In this document: one piece after another, positions 31,289 to 42,621 of the stretch
How the letters are laid out: each line of letters opens with the position of its first letter
Numbering within the stretch: the first letter of the stretch is position 1
Assembly: GCA_963737635.1 (NCBI GenBank)
Contig: CAVTTL010000001.1
Coordinates: 448,001 to 512,000, forward strand
From: an uncultured Methanoregulaceae archaeon
GTDB taxonomy: Archaea > Halobacteriota > Methanomicrobia > Methanomicrobiales > Methanospirillaceae
Direction of reading: 5' to 3'
Length of the DNA stretch: 64,000 nt
Notes under the pieces: model-generated
What the model saw: only the letters and a program-made list of their open reading frames with translations
Told to the model about the DNA's origin: nothing
The model's database searches: none
Program-made: the position numbers and the translations under genes

Positions 31289-32197
31289 ATGGATACCTGC
31301 GATGATTCCTCCTATAAGGAACTAGTGGAACACCAGCAGGATTTGCTGGTCAAGTTCAGTCCTGAAGGGCGTCTCCTGTTTGTCAACAAGGCATATTGCG
31401 ACACCCTTGGGAAGACAAAGGAGGAATTAACCGGGAGCGTTTTTATGCCCGCAACCGACCAGCGGTATTCCGAAGTAATGGCCACACAAATGACCAAACT
31501 CTTTCGTCCTCCCTTTATGTGTCAGGTAGAACAATGGATTTCATCGTCGCAGGGCCCACGGTGTATCAGCTGGTCGGCACGATCTATTACCGATGCAAAA
31601 GGGGACGTTACCTCGATAGTGGCAACCGGCCGAGATATTACCCGCCTTCAGCGGGAGCACAGGGCCATCAGGAAGCGGGACGACGAACTGATGCTGCTCC
31701 TCGAGAGCGGTAAACAGATGTATTTCACACACAGCACCGATCATACCCTGAACTATGTAAGTCCCCGGATCCGGGCACTTATTGGTGCGGGATCGCGATT
31801 GGGTAAACGATTGTGGACCGATTACCTGACCGATAACCCGCTCAATGCGAAAGGGTTGGAAAGGACGCTGAAAGCGATCTCCTCCGGCAGACGCGAACCG
31901 CCATACCGTCTGGAATTTTACGGTCGCGACAATACAAAAGTCTGGGTGGAAGTCAACGAAATCCCGGTGATAAAGAATAGGCAGACTGTGGGGATCGCCG
32001 GTTTCCTTATTGATGTGACAGAAAAGAAAAACGTCGAAGAAGGTCTTATCGAAGCTGAAATCCTCCTGAAGAATTACGGAGGAAAGAAACAGGAGGATCA
32101 GCCTGGTGGAGACGGGCAGGGTCCATTTGCTGCACTCAAATCCCTCTTTTCTCCAAAAAAAGCCGAAGCTGATGAAGACATCTCTCCCGATACCTGA
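31289..32197 (+). CDS. Tandem PAS-domain protein without output domain
   Basis: FVNKAYC..LG...EEL, GRDIT, YVSP, KVWVEV...IDVTEKK. Confidence 0.85.
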   Translation: MDTCDDSSYKELVEHQQDLLVKFSPEGRLLFVNKAYCDTLGKTKEELTGSVFMPATDQRYSEVMATQMTKLFRPPFMCQVEQWISSSQGPRCISWSARSITDAKGDVTSIVATGRDITRLQREHRAIRKRDDELMLLLESGKQMYFTHSTDHTLNYVSPRIRALIGAGSRLGKRLWTDYLTDNPLNAKGLERTLKAISSGRREPPYRLEFYGRDNTKVWVEVNEIPVIKNRQTVGIAGFLIDVTEKKNVEEGLIEAEILLKNYGGKKQEDQPGGDGQGPFAALKSLFSPKKAEADEDISPDT

Positions 32198-32264
32198 TAT
32201 TCTGGAGTAGGCTTCGATTCAAAGATAAACCTAAGGAAAAGTTCAAAAATACTGATAGGCTGGA

Positions 32265-33380
32265 TCAGATACTGCGTACGCATTCAGCAATATAACTTCC
32301 TGCGCGTGCGGTTCCCGCTGTCCCACCCAGATCTTTTGTCACCACACCATCTCGGATGCTCTTTTCGATGGCAGAAACCACTGCTGCCGCAGCCTCGTGT
32401 TCGCCAAGATGATCCAGAAGAAGGGATCCTGCCCAGATGGTAGCGATCGGATTTGCCACGTCCATGCCCTTGTACTTCGGTGCTGATCCGTGGATCGGCT
32501 CGAACATGGATGTACCTTTCGGGTTGATGTTACCGCCCGGAGCAAGACCAAGTCCTCCTTGGATCATCGCGCCGAGATCCGTAATGATGTCCCCGAACAT
32601 GTTGGGCGTGACGACGACGTCGAACCACTCGGGGTTTTTCACAAACCACATCGTGACTGCATCCACGAAATTGAATTCCGTAACGACATCCGGGTACTTT
32701 TTTGCTGTTTCACAAAAGACGTCGCGCCAGAGCCCATAGATATCGGAGAGTACATTTGCTTTATCGACTGAAGTGAGTTTTTTCCGGCGTTTTCTGGCCA
32801 GATCAAACGCATAGGTCTGGACCCGCCTTGCCCCTTCCCTGGTCACGACCCCGATCTGGTACGCCAGTTCCTCAGCATCGCTTTCGATGTCGAGACCGAA
32901 CTTCACGTTGTAGATCTCCCGGACAACCTTAAGTTCGGTCTTTTGGTGGCCTGTGAACCGGGAACCTATCCCTACGTAAAAATCCTCGGTATTTTCCCGA
33001 ACGACCACAAAATCAATGTCTTTTGGTGTTTTATTGGCAAGTGGTGTCTCGACGCCTTCAAGCAGTTTAATCGGCCGCAAATTTATGTACTCATCAAAGG
33101 AGAACCGAAGCGCAAGCAGAATGCCTTTCTCAAGGATGCCCGGCTGGACCCGGGGGTCACCGATCGCACCAAAGTAGATCGCCTTGAATTTCCTCAATTC
33201 TGCCAGATCATCCTCGGTCAAGAGCTTCTTGGTCGCAAGGTACCTTTCTGCCCCGATATCGAAATCAGTCCATTCGATCTCGAAGTTGAACCGCTCTCCC
33301 GTGGCTTCCAGTACTTTCTTTCCTTCTGCGACAATCTCCGGCCCGATGCCATCCCCGCCTATTGCTGCGACTTTGTACAC
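32265..33380 (-). CDS. leuB: 3-isopropylmalate dehydrogenase
   Basis: [36 protein letters not shown]; clustered with leuCD. Confidence 0.85.
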   Translation of the reverse strand: MYKVAAIGGDGIGPEIVAEGKKVLEATGERFNFEIEWTDFDIGAERYLATKKLLTEDDLAELRKFKAIYFGAIGDPRVQPGILEKGILLALRFSFDEYINLRPIKLLEGVETPLANKTPKDIDFVVVRENTEDFYVGIGSRFTGHQKTELKVVREIYNVKFGLDIESDAEELAYQIGVVTREGARRVQTYAFDLARKRRKKLTSVDKANVLSDIYGLWRDVFCETAKKYPDVVTEFNFVDAVTMWFVKNPEWFDVVVTPNMFGDIITDLGAMIQGGLGLAPGGNINPKGTSMFEPIHGSAPKYKGMDVANPIATIWAGSLLLDHLGEHEAAAAVVSAIEKSIRDGVVTKDLGGTAGTARAGSYIAECVRSI

Positions 33381-33859
33381 ACTGGCACCTCCTTTAAGGG
33401 CTTCGCGTAGTTTACCAGACCCCCGGCATCGATAATACCCTGCATGAAGGGGGGGACCGGTTCAATGGCAAGTTTTTTGCCGTCGACCTCCACATAGCCC
33501 TTTTTGACGCTGATCGTGACCTTTGCCCCGTCAGGGATTTTATCTGTTTCATGGCAGACCACCGGGAGTACCCCGACGTTAACGGCATTCCGGAAGAAAA
33601 TGCGGGCAAACGATTGGGCCAAGACTACCTGTACTCCTCCGCCAAGGAGCGCCAGCGGCGCGTGTTCGCGCGAAGAGCCGCACCCGAAATTCTTTCCGGC
33701 AACGACCACGTCGCCTTCTTTTACTTTCTTTGCAAACTCATCCCGGGTACCCTCAAAGGCATGCTTTGCCAGTTCCTTTGGATCGTAAATGGTCAGGAAA
33801 CGGCCCGGTATGATCGCGTCAGTATCGATATTGTCCCCAAATTTCCATGCTCTCATCAT
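33359..33859 (-). CDS. leuD: 3-isopropylmalate dehydratase small subunit
   Basis: [29 protein letters not shown]. Confidence 0.85.
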   Translation of the reverse strand: MMRAWKFGDNIDTDAIIPGRFLTIYDPKELAKHAFEGTRDEFAKKVKEGDVVVAGKNFGCGSSREHAPLALLGGGVQVVLAQSFARIFFRNAVNVGVLPVVCHETDKIPDGAKVTISVKKGYVEVDGKKLAIEPVPPFMQGIIDAGGLVNYAKPLKEVPVCTKSQQ

Positions 33860-35111
33860 TACACCTCACGCGGATCCGTGATCTCGCCTTTTATTGCGCT
33901 TGCAGCTGCCGTTGTCGCCGAAGAGAGATAGACCGAGGCTTCGGTGCTGCCCTGGCGGCCCTTAAAGTTCCGGTTTGATGTCGAGAGACAGACCTCCCCG
34001 GGTGCAAGCAGGCCAAATGATCCCCCCATGCACGGCCCGCAGCACGGCGCCTCGACAAGAGCTCCCGCCTTTACGAATCGTTCTATGAGTCCCTTTTCGA
34101 GAGCTTTGAGATATTCGTCGCGAGATGCAGGGATGATAATTACCCGGGTTTTCGGGTTGAACTTCTTTTTACCCAGCACTTTTGCAGCCTCGGCAAGATC
34201 TTCATACCGCCCGTTTGTGCATGAGCCGATGAAAACCTGATCGATATGGGTTCCTTCGACCTTACTTACCGGCACCCCCTGATCAACATTATGGGGAATA
34301 GCGACCTGAGGCTCAAGGTCAGTGACATCGTACAGTTCTCTTTTCCGCAAACGTTGCATCGTCATCGCTTGCAAGATCGAAGGGTTTCATTTTCCGGCGG
34401 CCTTTCATGTATTCCCAGGTAATTTTGTCGGGCGGGACGATACCGGCTTTTGCGCCCATTTCGATCGCCATATTGCAACAGGTCATCCGGCAGGCCATGT
34501 CCAGTTTTGCGATGGTCTTACCCGTAAATTCGATTGCCTGGTAGGTCAGCTCCGTCTGCTCCGATATCGGTTGCAATTGCGAGGATCAGGTCCTTTGCCC
34601 CGACCCTTTCCGGGAACTTACCCGACACCGCAACCCGGAGGGTCTCCGGCACCTTGAAGTAGAGGGCACCGAACTTCATGGCAAAACCCATATCGGTCGA
34701 ACCAATGCCGGTCGCAAACGCCCCTACGGCCCCGTACATGCAGGTATGGGAATCGGCACCTACTACGATCTCACCTGGCGCTGCCCGGCCTTTCTCAAGG
34801 ACAACCTGGTGGCAGACACCTTCATTGATATCGTAATTATGGATGCCCTGCTCTGCCGCAAAGGTGCGCATGAATACGTGATTTTTTGCCGCTTCAAGGG
34901 AATCTGCAGGTATCTGGTGATCGAAGAGCATGATGACACGGTGCGGATCGAAAACCTGTTCTCCGTCCATCTCGTAGAACTTCTGGATGGCAAGAGGGCC
35001 GGTAATATCGTGGATCATTACCCCGTCAAGAGGAGTCATGACCACTTCGCCTGCCCTGATATCGCTGCCGCATTTCCGTGAGAAGATCTTCTCGACGATT
35101 GTTGATCCCAT
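33859..35111 (-). CDS. leuC: 3-isopropylmalate dehydratase large subunit (two frameshifts)
   Basis: [31 protein letters not shown] across ORFs 34518..35111, 34319..34576 and 33859..34374. Confidence 0.85.
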
Positions 35112-35279
35112 GCTCTATCGTCTGTACCATGTGCGCTTCTGGCACTTTTACTTTGGGGACTGCTATCCTTTGGCAGTATAATGGCTTTGCATGGATAGTT
35201 CCCCGGGATAATTTCGAATTTTTTCGCAGTCAAAGCAACCTTTAATCTTCCTGATCTCCAATGATCGACCGGAAATACT

Positions 35280-36070
35280 ATGAGGAAGACAGCAGTTCTT
35301 ATCCTGGCCGCGACGATTCTTTTCATGGCACTGATCGGCTGTGTATCAGCCACAGATACGACCAATGATCATACCATTCAGGTCAGCGGCACCGGCTCGG
35401 TCACTGGTACCCGGACCGGGTACAGATCAGTTTTGCGGTCGAGACAGAAAACGCGGATGTCAAAATCGCACAGTCAAACAACGCTCTCACGATGAACAAT
35501 GTCTTTGACATGCTTGAGGCAGCCGGAGTTCCCGGTGATCAGATGAAAACCATTGGCTATACGATCACCCCGGTTTACCAGCAAGATGCCAGTGGCATCC
35601 TCTCGGGTACGGTCAAAACGTACCAAGTGACAAATACCCTTCAGGTCACCCTCAATGACACAAATTCAACGGGCCAGGTCATCGATACAGCTGTCAGCGC
35701 CGGCGCAAACCAGGTAAACTCCATCCAGTTCATGCTTTCCGATGAACAGGCGCAGGCGCTCCGCAGCCAGGCGCTGACAAAGGCGGTCGCAAACGCACGA
35801 GCCGACGCAAATGCGGTCGCGGCAGCCCTCAACGTTACCCTGACCGGGACGCAGACTGCCGATATCAGCCAAGGATACATCCCGGTAGTTTACGGCAATT
35901 ACGATACTACGTCAGCCGCTTCCGGTGCACTGAAGGCAGCCCCGACTCCCATCCAGTCCGGAGATATAACCGTCACTGCCCAGGTATCGGTCACCTATAC
36001 AATTCAGCTGATACCCCCTCAGCTAGTCACCAGATTTTTTTCAAAACTTTTTTACATAAGCAGCGTGTGA
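35280..36070 (+). CDS. SIMPL (DUF541) domain secreted protein (frameshifted)
   Basis: Signal peptide, TIQVSGTGSV, IDTAVSAGAN, AL..A...A...A, VTAQVSVTY. Confidence 0.85.
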
Positions 36071-36172
36071 TTATTTCTTAATCCAGCAACCATAGTTCCG
36101 GTCTACCGGACTATTCTCTATCCAAGTATCGAATATCGGAAAAATTGCGGATACAATAGGATTGATTTTGAA

Positions 36173-36617
36173 ATGGAACGCAATATCGGCTTTAAAGAGC
36201 GAAGGTATATTGAGGAGCTGCGGATCCTCACCCGGGCAACTGCCCTCGACTGTGTAATCGACGAAAGGTTTGACCGGGTAATCTATGTGATCCGGCAGGG
36301 CGACATGGGCCTCGCAATAGGGAAGAAAGGAGATAATATCAAGCGGCTCCAGAACGTGCTAGGCCGGCGTATCGAGATGGTCGAGTATGCCGAGGACCCG
36401 GATATGTTCATTACCAACATCTTCAAACCTGCTGAAGTAACCGGTATTGAGCGGAGTGCCAATAACGGTCCCGTCAATGTGCAGGTAAACAAAAAAAGCG
36501 ATCTCGGTATCGCTATCGGGAAGGCTGGCTGCAATATCGAGAAGGCGCGTATACTCTGCCCGGCGTTTCTGTGGTCTTGAAATCGGCGATGTCCTGCTCA
36601 CGCAGGAGGAAGCATGA
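36173..36617 (+). CDS. nusA: Archaeal NusA (KH domains; frameshift ~36560)
   Basis: Two KH GxxG loops (AIGKKG, AIGKAG), DCVID; the corrected frame ends in ATGA overlapping hisE. Confidence 0.88.
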
Positions 36618-36928
36618 GATCGGCAGATGAGGGATCGGTCGATCTCCGGGTGATCCGGGAACTCTGGGAGGTTATTTGCGATCGGGCGGCACACCCGGAC
36701 GAAGGGTCCTACACAAGCCGGCTGTTGAGAGACACAAAAGGCATCGACCGGGTTCTTGAAAAAGTAGGCGAGGAGTCTACCGAATTTATCATCGCTATAA
36801 AAAATGGGGTGCCAGCCCGGACTGCTGAAGAGGCGGCTGACCTCTTCTTTCATATCCTTGTCGCGCTACGTGCCGCGGATGTCGATCTTAAAGATGTTAT
36901 ACAGGAGCTCGAGCGCCGGCGAAAGTAG
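36614..36928 (+). CDS. hisE: Phosphoribosyl-ATP pyrophosphatase
   Basis: SYTSRL, KVGEESTE, EAADLFFH. Confidence 0.95.
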   Translation: MRSADEGSVDLRVIRELWEVICDRAAHPDEGSYTSRLLRDTKGIDRVLEKVGEESTEFIIAIKNGVPARTAEEAADLFFHILVALRAADVDLKDVIQELERRRK

Positions 36929-36956
36929 ACACCTGTCTGCTCGCGATAGCGGACCG

Positions 36957-37415
36957 TTATTTCAACTGCGTATTAAGAAACGTTGAGAGATCGATCATAT
37001 CGGCGAAATTATTTCTCTTTTCAGCAAGGGCCAGAAGCTCTTCATCCACAAGGATATACGCATTTGCGCGCAGGGCCACTGCAATGCCGTCACTCGGCCG
37101 GCAGTCAAGAAAATCCTCACGGCCATCTGCCAAAAGAACGAGATGGGCATAATAGACCCCATCTTCGACACTGTCGATACTAAGGTGGCTCACGGTGATA
37201 GCATACTTCTCCGTGAGATCCAGAATCAGATCGTGCGTAAACGGGCGGGCGGATACCTCCTTGTTCTTCGCGCTGTTGATCGAGATCGCTTCCCAAAGAC
37301 CGATGAAGATCGGCAGCACGCGTCCGGCATTATCTGTCAGCAACACCACAGGTACGGTGGCCGCTTCATTCATTACCACAAACACGCCTTTGACTTCGCA
37401 CCGGACCTGCTGCAT
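36957..37415 (-). CDS. Bifunctional nuclease family (DUF151)
   Basis: LPIFIG..EA, RPFTHDL, DCRPSDGIAVALR. Confidence 0.92.
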   Translation of the reverse strand: MQQVRCEVKGVFVVMNEAATVPVVLLTDNAGRVLPIFIGLWEAISINSAKNKEVSARPFTHDLILDLTEKYAITVSHLSIDSVEDGVYYAHLVLLADGREDFLDCRPSDGIAVALRANAYILVDEELLALAEKRNNFADMIDLSTFLNTQLK

Positions 37416-37484
37416 GGTAGGTGAAGAGACATTATCCTGCCGTATGATAAGAGTTGAGATCTGAATGCGGCAGGTGCCGGACGG

Positions 37485-38501
37485 TTACCGGTTCCCCGAC
37501 TCCCGCCTGACGATGATGAGGCTAGAGATGATCCCAAGAGCGATATTGAAATAATAGAGCACGATCCTCCAGATGACCACGAAAACGCCGACGATCGCTG
37601 CGGGGATAAACAGGGCGTACATCGAGGTTGCCCCGACCTCGGCGATGCCGGAACTGCCCGGTGTCAAAGGCAGCATCATCAGGATAGCAAGGATGAGCTG
37701 GATCACAAACGACTCAAAGAAGAGCGGCGGCTGCCCGAGGCCGAGAAGGATCAGCGACGCAGTAACGATCTCCGAAACCCAGTAGAGCAGAGTGAAGAGC
37801 ATGCCCCATAACAGCCCGGATTTTGCCGTCCGCACAAACCTCAGTACCGCGGAATGAAAATTCGCAATTTCCTTATCTATTCGTTCGAGCAGGGCTGTGA
37901 CACGTGCCGGTTCCCATTTGCGGGTAAAGAAACGCGCAGCCCTGTCTGCCAGTCTCTTCATCACATCGGGCCTCCGAATGGCAAGATAGAAAAGGAAGAG
38001 GCAGCCTGCAACGAACACCCACGTAACATAGACCATGAGATTTGAGATCGCTCCCAGACTCTGCCACTGCTCGGAAAGGGCAAACATGGCAACCGCGGCA
38101 AGGCAGGCAAGCGCGATGCCGTCCAGTACCCGCTCCATGATCACGACAGCAGTCGCGTCCCCAATCGGGACGTTGGCCCGGTACAGCTCATGCACCCTGA
38201 CCGGTTCGCCGCCGGCCTGAGCGGGGGTGACTGCTGCAGCAAGGAGGTTTGCAAAAACAAGGTTCAATGAATAAAAAAATTTGATCGGGTATCCGAGCGA
38301 CCCCGACATTTTCTTGACCCGCATGGCCCAGAAACACATGGTCAGGATGTGTGTCAGAAATGCCAGAAGCAGGAACCAGGGATTGATCTTCTTGAGGTAC
38401 TGGATTGTATTCTGGTTGATAGTAAGGTACAGGATGACAATCAGTACCGTAAGGGAGAACCCGATGGAAATATACAGCCATTTCCTCTGCGATCTCTCCA
38501 T
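37485..38501 (-). CDS. Flippase-like UPF0104 (lysylphosphatidylglycerol synthase TM family) protein
   Basis: VTPAQAGGEP, ERVLD, PLTPGSSGIAE, WRIVLYY. Confidence 0.9.
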   Translation of the reverse strand: MERSQRKWLYISIGFSLTVLIVILYLTINQNTIQYLKKINPWFLLLAFLTHILTMCFWAMRVKKMSGSLGYPIKFFYSLNLVFANLLAAAVTPAQAGGEPVRVHELYRANVPIGDATAVVIMERVLDGIALACLAAVAMFALSEQWQSLGAISNLMVYVTWVFVAGCLFLFYLAIRRPDVMKRLADRAARFFTRKWEPARVTALLERIDKEIANFHSAVLRFVRTAKSGLLWGMLFTLLYWVSEIVTASLILLGLGQPPLFFESFVIQLILAILMMLPLTPGSSGIAEVGATSMYALFIPAAIVGVFVVIWRIVLYYFNIALGIISSLIIVRRESGNR

Positions 38502-38595
38502 AATGCAATCCCCGGCAAGCGCTGAGCTTGTGCGCCTTTTATCCTTAAAGGTTATGAGGCATAGTATAAACAGTTTTTATCCGGGGAATATCTCT

Positions 38596-39176
38596 TCATA
38601 TCGTAAAAATTTCCCGGTTCGCGGTAACTACCAGGAGGCCGGCCCGACCCCGGCATCAAGCCACCCGTGGCCGTAGCTGAACCGGGCGAGGGCTTCCTCC
38701 TCTGCTCCTGCGGTAAGGCTGTACACTCCACCCCGCGCATAGCAGGTGCCGATCAGAATGACTCGCCGGGCAAACCTGCCGGCTGCCGTTTCAGGTTCGG
38801 GTGCAGGGACCACAGAGGCGCACGCGGTATCGAACAGGCGGGCATACCGCTGTGTCTTCTCGCGTCGTTGTGCAGCAAGAGCCGGAGAGAGTATCTCAAC
38901 CTGCCCGGCAAAAGGGCAGGCAACCGGCTTTCTTTTCGGCAGAAAAAACAGGCCGTATGAGATGCCGAAATGCAACCAGGCGTACCCGTAATAGAATGCG
39001 GCCAGCGCGTTGACCCGGTCTCCACCGGTTAAGAACGTAGTCCCATCGTCTGCGTACGCGCGTGCCATATCCTTCGTGATATCCGCGAGCGCTGCGAGCG
39101 GTGTGCTCTCCGGAGGGACGACCATTATGGCATCGAGTTCGCGGGATAGACGATCTCCACACTCGGCGATTAACAT
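38596..39176 (-). CDS. DUF357 tandem-domain protein (frameshift ~38645)
   Basis: AYADDG...[13 protein letters not shown] and [16 protein letters not shown]; the corrected end is [16 protein letters not shown]. Confidence 0.8.
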
Positions 39177-39922
39177 AAGCCGGCAAACCTCGCCAGGTAC
39201 GTTCTCTCCATATCGTGAAGGTCCCCCGGCACGACCAGCACATGGAGGGGGGGACCAAAGTCCATAGAACAAAGAGTCTCAGCAGTTCCGGCGTGAACGA
39301 CCGGTACATTGGAACCGGCCCTTGCTATGCCGACATAAAGCGGGATCGTCAGCTGTTTTTTTCGTGCCATCTCTTCGAGCAGGCTGACACCTTCGCCGAC
39401 GGTCATATAACGCCCGTCATGGATATCGAGATACACAAGCGTATGCAGCCGGCGTATCAGGTTTTCTGCAATGACATCCAATGGAGACGTCGGTGACCAG
39501 CCTGCCTGCGGGAACGGCACTGAGCAGGACTTTCCGAACCGGTAGTTCTGGAGACCCGATAGTCCGCAGACGGCACTCACTATTGATGATCCATGAATGA
39601 TAGCGGTTGGAATACCCCGGTCGGCCGCCCGTATCCGGAGATCTGCGTGAGTAGTCGATACCATGGGATCCCCGGCACACAGAAAGACCGTATTTCCGGT
39701 GAGCGCACAATCGAGCAGTTCGTCCGGGTGCTGCTCCACATCCTCACGTATCAGCACCCGGATTGGTTTCTGGTAGAATGTTTCGAGCTCTTCTTTTGTC
39801 GCTCCCATGAGCCGTGAGGTATATCCCTCGAGAAAGACGTGGTCCGCGCTCCTGATAAGAAGAAGTCCCTTCTCCGAGACGTCGTTCTTGTCGTAAAGGC
39901 CAAGGCCGATAAAGGTCAGCAT
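39170..39922 (-). CDS. dph5: Diphthine synthase
   Basis: [43 protein letters not shown]. Confidence 0.96.
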   Translation of the reverse strand: MLTFIGLGLYDKNDVSEKGLLLIRSADHVFLEGYTSRLMGATKEELETFYQKPIRVLIREDVEQHPDELLDCALTGNTVFLCAGDPMVSTTHADLRIRAADRGIPTAIIHGSSIVSAVCGLSGLQNYRFGKSCSVPFPQAGWSPTSPLDVIAENLIRRLHTLVYLDIHDGRYMTVGEGVSLLEEMARKKQLTIPLYVGIARAGSNVPVVHAGTAETLCSMDFGPPLHVLVVPGDLHDMERTYLARFAGLC

Positions 39923-39981
39923 GTCTGTATTTTTTTTTTTGAGAGTATCCCGGGCTATGTCCCGGATGCTCGATCGCCGTG

Positions 39982-41145
39982 TCAGTAGATGAAGCGGGTA
40001 ATCGAATCCACCAGAGATTCAAGGACCGCCCGCACGTCGTCTTTCTGGCGGGCGGAGATCAAAAACACCGGAATGTTCTTGTCAACACCAATCCCCTTTC
40101 TTATCTCTTCTTCGCTCATCGTTCCCGGAAGGTCCTTTTTATTCGCCGCAATAATCATCGGCACGTGCATCATGGTAATGAGTTTATAGAGATGACGGGC
40201 CCGTGCAAGCTGCTCGTGGTTCGTGGCATCCGCCAGTAAAATGACACCCATCGCATTATTCAGGATCACCGGCAGCATCGAGTCGAACCGGGGCTGCCCC
40301 GGGGTACCGAAGAGCGTGATGTCGAAATCCCGCCAGTGCAGCCACCCGAAGTCCATAGCAACCGTGGTCATGTCGCCGTTTATACCGGTCCTGTCGACAG
40401 ACATCCCCAGTTCCGTTGCGCTTGCCACAAACCGGGACTTCCCAGATTCAGGTGGCCCGGTAACGACAATTTTGGGGATATAAGGGACAATGTGACCGTT
40501 CTTGACAAGGAAAGGTACCGAACGGCGCAGCTGGGTCGACCATGACGTATACAGGATGGTGAAATAGTTGAAGTGAGGCAGGGGCCGGAATGAGGATTTG
40601 ATCGCAAGGATAAGATCGAAGGATTTCCTGACCGCAAGCGACTCAAGAAACGCATCTCCCTCGAAGTTCAGATGCTCGATAATGATAGTTGAACCAGGCA
40701 GGCAGTTCGCCCCGGAGAAGAGGGATAACCCTTTTTCCAGGCCGAAATCTTCGTAAATCATATCGAAATAACCAAAGATGACTTCGACTTTGTTATCAGC
40801 GCATAGTTTGTCAATTCTGGCCTGCCATTCCCGTTCGGCCGCTTCTCCGGTAACCGTACTGCGTTGTATCCGTTCACGGTCAACGCTGTCCAGAAAGACC
40901 AGCCGGTAATCCTTTGCCTGAACCGGTTTTCCCAGAAGCTGACTGATATCATGCAGAAATGCGTCAACCGTTGTGTGAGGAATGATCACAAGGCATGACT
41001 GCCCCTTTTCGAGGGTCGCAGACAATGTAGAGATCGTGAAAAGCTGCCCGTCAACCCCTGGCTCAAGACTATAGAGGACGCGACTGCCTTCGGGAATCCC
41101 ACCGCCCAGCATATCATCGATCCCATACATTCCGGTCGAAATCAT
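39982..41145 (-). CDS. Degenerate KaiC/RAD55-like domain fused to a small GTPase
   Basis: [13 protein letters not shown] start with no Walker A Lys; C-terminal [29 protein letters not shown]. Confidence 0.85.
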   Translation of the reverse strand: MISTGMYGIDDMLGGGIPEGSRVLYSLEPGVDGQLFTISTLSATLEKGQSCLVIIPHTTVDAFLHDISQLLGKPVQAKDYRLVFLDSVDRERIQRSTVTGEAAEREWQARIDKLCADNKVEVIFGYFDMIYEDFGLEKGLSLFSGANCLPGSTIIIEHLNFEGDAFLESLAVRKSFDLILAIKSSFRPLPHFNYFTILYTSWSTQLRRSVPFLVKNGHIVPYIPKIVVTGPPESGKSRFVASATELGMSVDRTGINGDMTTVAMDFGWLHWRDFDITLFGTPGQPRFDSMLPVILNNAMGVILLADATNHEQLARARHLYKLITMMHVPMIIAANKKDLPGTMSEEEIRKGIGVDKNIPVFLISARQKDDVRAVLESLVDSITRFIY

Positions 41146-41849
41146 GGTACCAGAAACACCTGCCCCTTGTTGATGGTGAATTTGTTCCAATCCGTGTTTA
41201 CGCCACTGATTCCCAGAACCCGGAAATAGTTATCCGATCCTTCGACCTTGACCTCGATAACGATCATCATGAGCTGCTTGATCAGGGAGATCGTTTTCTC
41301 GTCAAACGATTCGTTATTGAGTATATAGACACCAAAGCCCTCGATCTTCCTGACTTTTGCCGTCATCACGTGGAGAAACTGGTAGAGTACCTCCAGCTTC
41401 CGGTACATAAGCAGGGTCGAAACAGAATTGACGCAGAACCGGATCGGCGGTGGAAAAAGCCCGGTCTCTTTCCCGGCAAACGTCCCGTCAAATATCGTTT
41501 CGATCATATGGGAAAATTTGATCCCGATCCCAGTCAGATCTGTTGGGTTCGTGACAAACATGAACCGCTCAGTGTCGGAAATTGTCGGCGTCGAACTTTT
41601 TGTGATCGCGTCAATCACACCGACGAAATGCTTATCAGCCCCGGCGGATTTGAACTGGTCGATCACCTCAGAGGCACGTTCGTTGGTGGAAAGCATGAGA
41701 GCAAACTCTCCGGGCTCGGGGCGCGTCAGGCTGTACGCAAGTTGTTCTGCATAGCTGAGGGACGGTGCGAGAATGAGGATGTTGGTCCCTGCATCAAACC
41801 CCCCGGTCACCTGATCGATCTGGGGGATACCTGTCTTATAAGAGTACAT
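41142..41849 (-). CDS. Degenerate KaiC/RAD55-like protein
   Basis: KTGIPQID.VTGG, P.DLTGIGI, NSVSTLLMY; Walker A replaced by APSLSYAE. Confidence 0.82.
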   Translation of the reverse strand: MYSYKTGIPQIDQVTGGFDAGTNILILAPSLSYAEQLAYSLTRPEPGEFALMLSTNERASEVIDQFKSAGADKHFVGVIDAITKSSTPTISDTERFMFVTNPTDLTGIGIKFSHMIETIFDGTFAGKETGLFPPPIRFCVNSVSTLLMYRKLEVLYQFLHVMTAKVRKIEGFGVYILNNESFDEKTISLIKQLMMIVIEVKVEGSDNYFRVLGISGVNTDWNKFTINKGQVFLVP

Positions 41850-41968
41850 CTGTTGCGTGATTATTTAATGAGAAGACTTATAAGTGCTTTTGTCGGCTGG
41901 GACTACGCCACCTCAGGAAGATGCAGAGGTAAATCCTCATAACCTTGTCTGCCCTACGATTAGGTCAG

Positions 41969-42609
41969 ATGTTTTACTGGCTCTACGAGCGGATGCTTCT
42001 CTCGCAGATACAGGAACTCCCCCGGCACGTCTGTTTCATGATCAGTGGGACCGACCTCGCTGCAGAACCGGGGAAGTGCCTTGAAGTGACCGGGTGGTGT
42101 TCCGATTTAAATACACTCCATACGCGTCAGTCCCAGCAGTCAGCTAACCCCACGCCGTGCGCAATCCAGGGCCTCACCTTTCACATCAATCAGCTTTCCC
42201 GGAAGAGCTATCCCGTACTCTCCCGGCAATAAAAAGGATCTCATCGGTTGCCCGACTTGTGCTTCACCATGGCACAACTGAAGAGATCTCCGGTACCGGT
42301 CTCGATGTGGTGGTCGCAATTGGGAAAAGCGGGCGCGAAGAGATCACAGACTGCATCCGCAGGCTTGCGGAGAACGCAGTCCCGCCATCGGAGATCGATG
42401 AAAAAACACTCGAATCCTGCCTGACCTTCCGGTACGATCCGGACATCGTGATCAAGACTGGTGGCGATCACCTAACCGACTTTTTGATCTGGCAATCAGT
42501 CTACTCGGAGCTCTTCTTCTCCGATGTCAACTGGAAGTATTTCCGGCGCGTAGACTTCCTGAGGGTGCTGCGCGACTACCAGTCCCGCATACGCCGGTTC
42601 GGAAAATAA
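41969..42609 (+). CDS. cis-prenyltransferase-like non-catalytic subunit (frameshift ~42190)
   Basis: PRHVCFM without DGNRR, SGREEI, PDIVIKTG, LIWQSVYSE, C-terminal RRFGK. Confidence 0.85.
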
Positions 42610-42621
42610 TCTAAAACGGAG

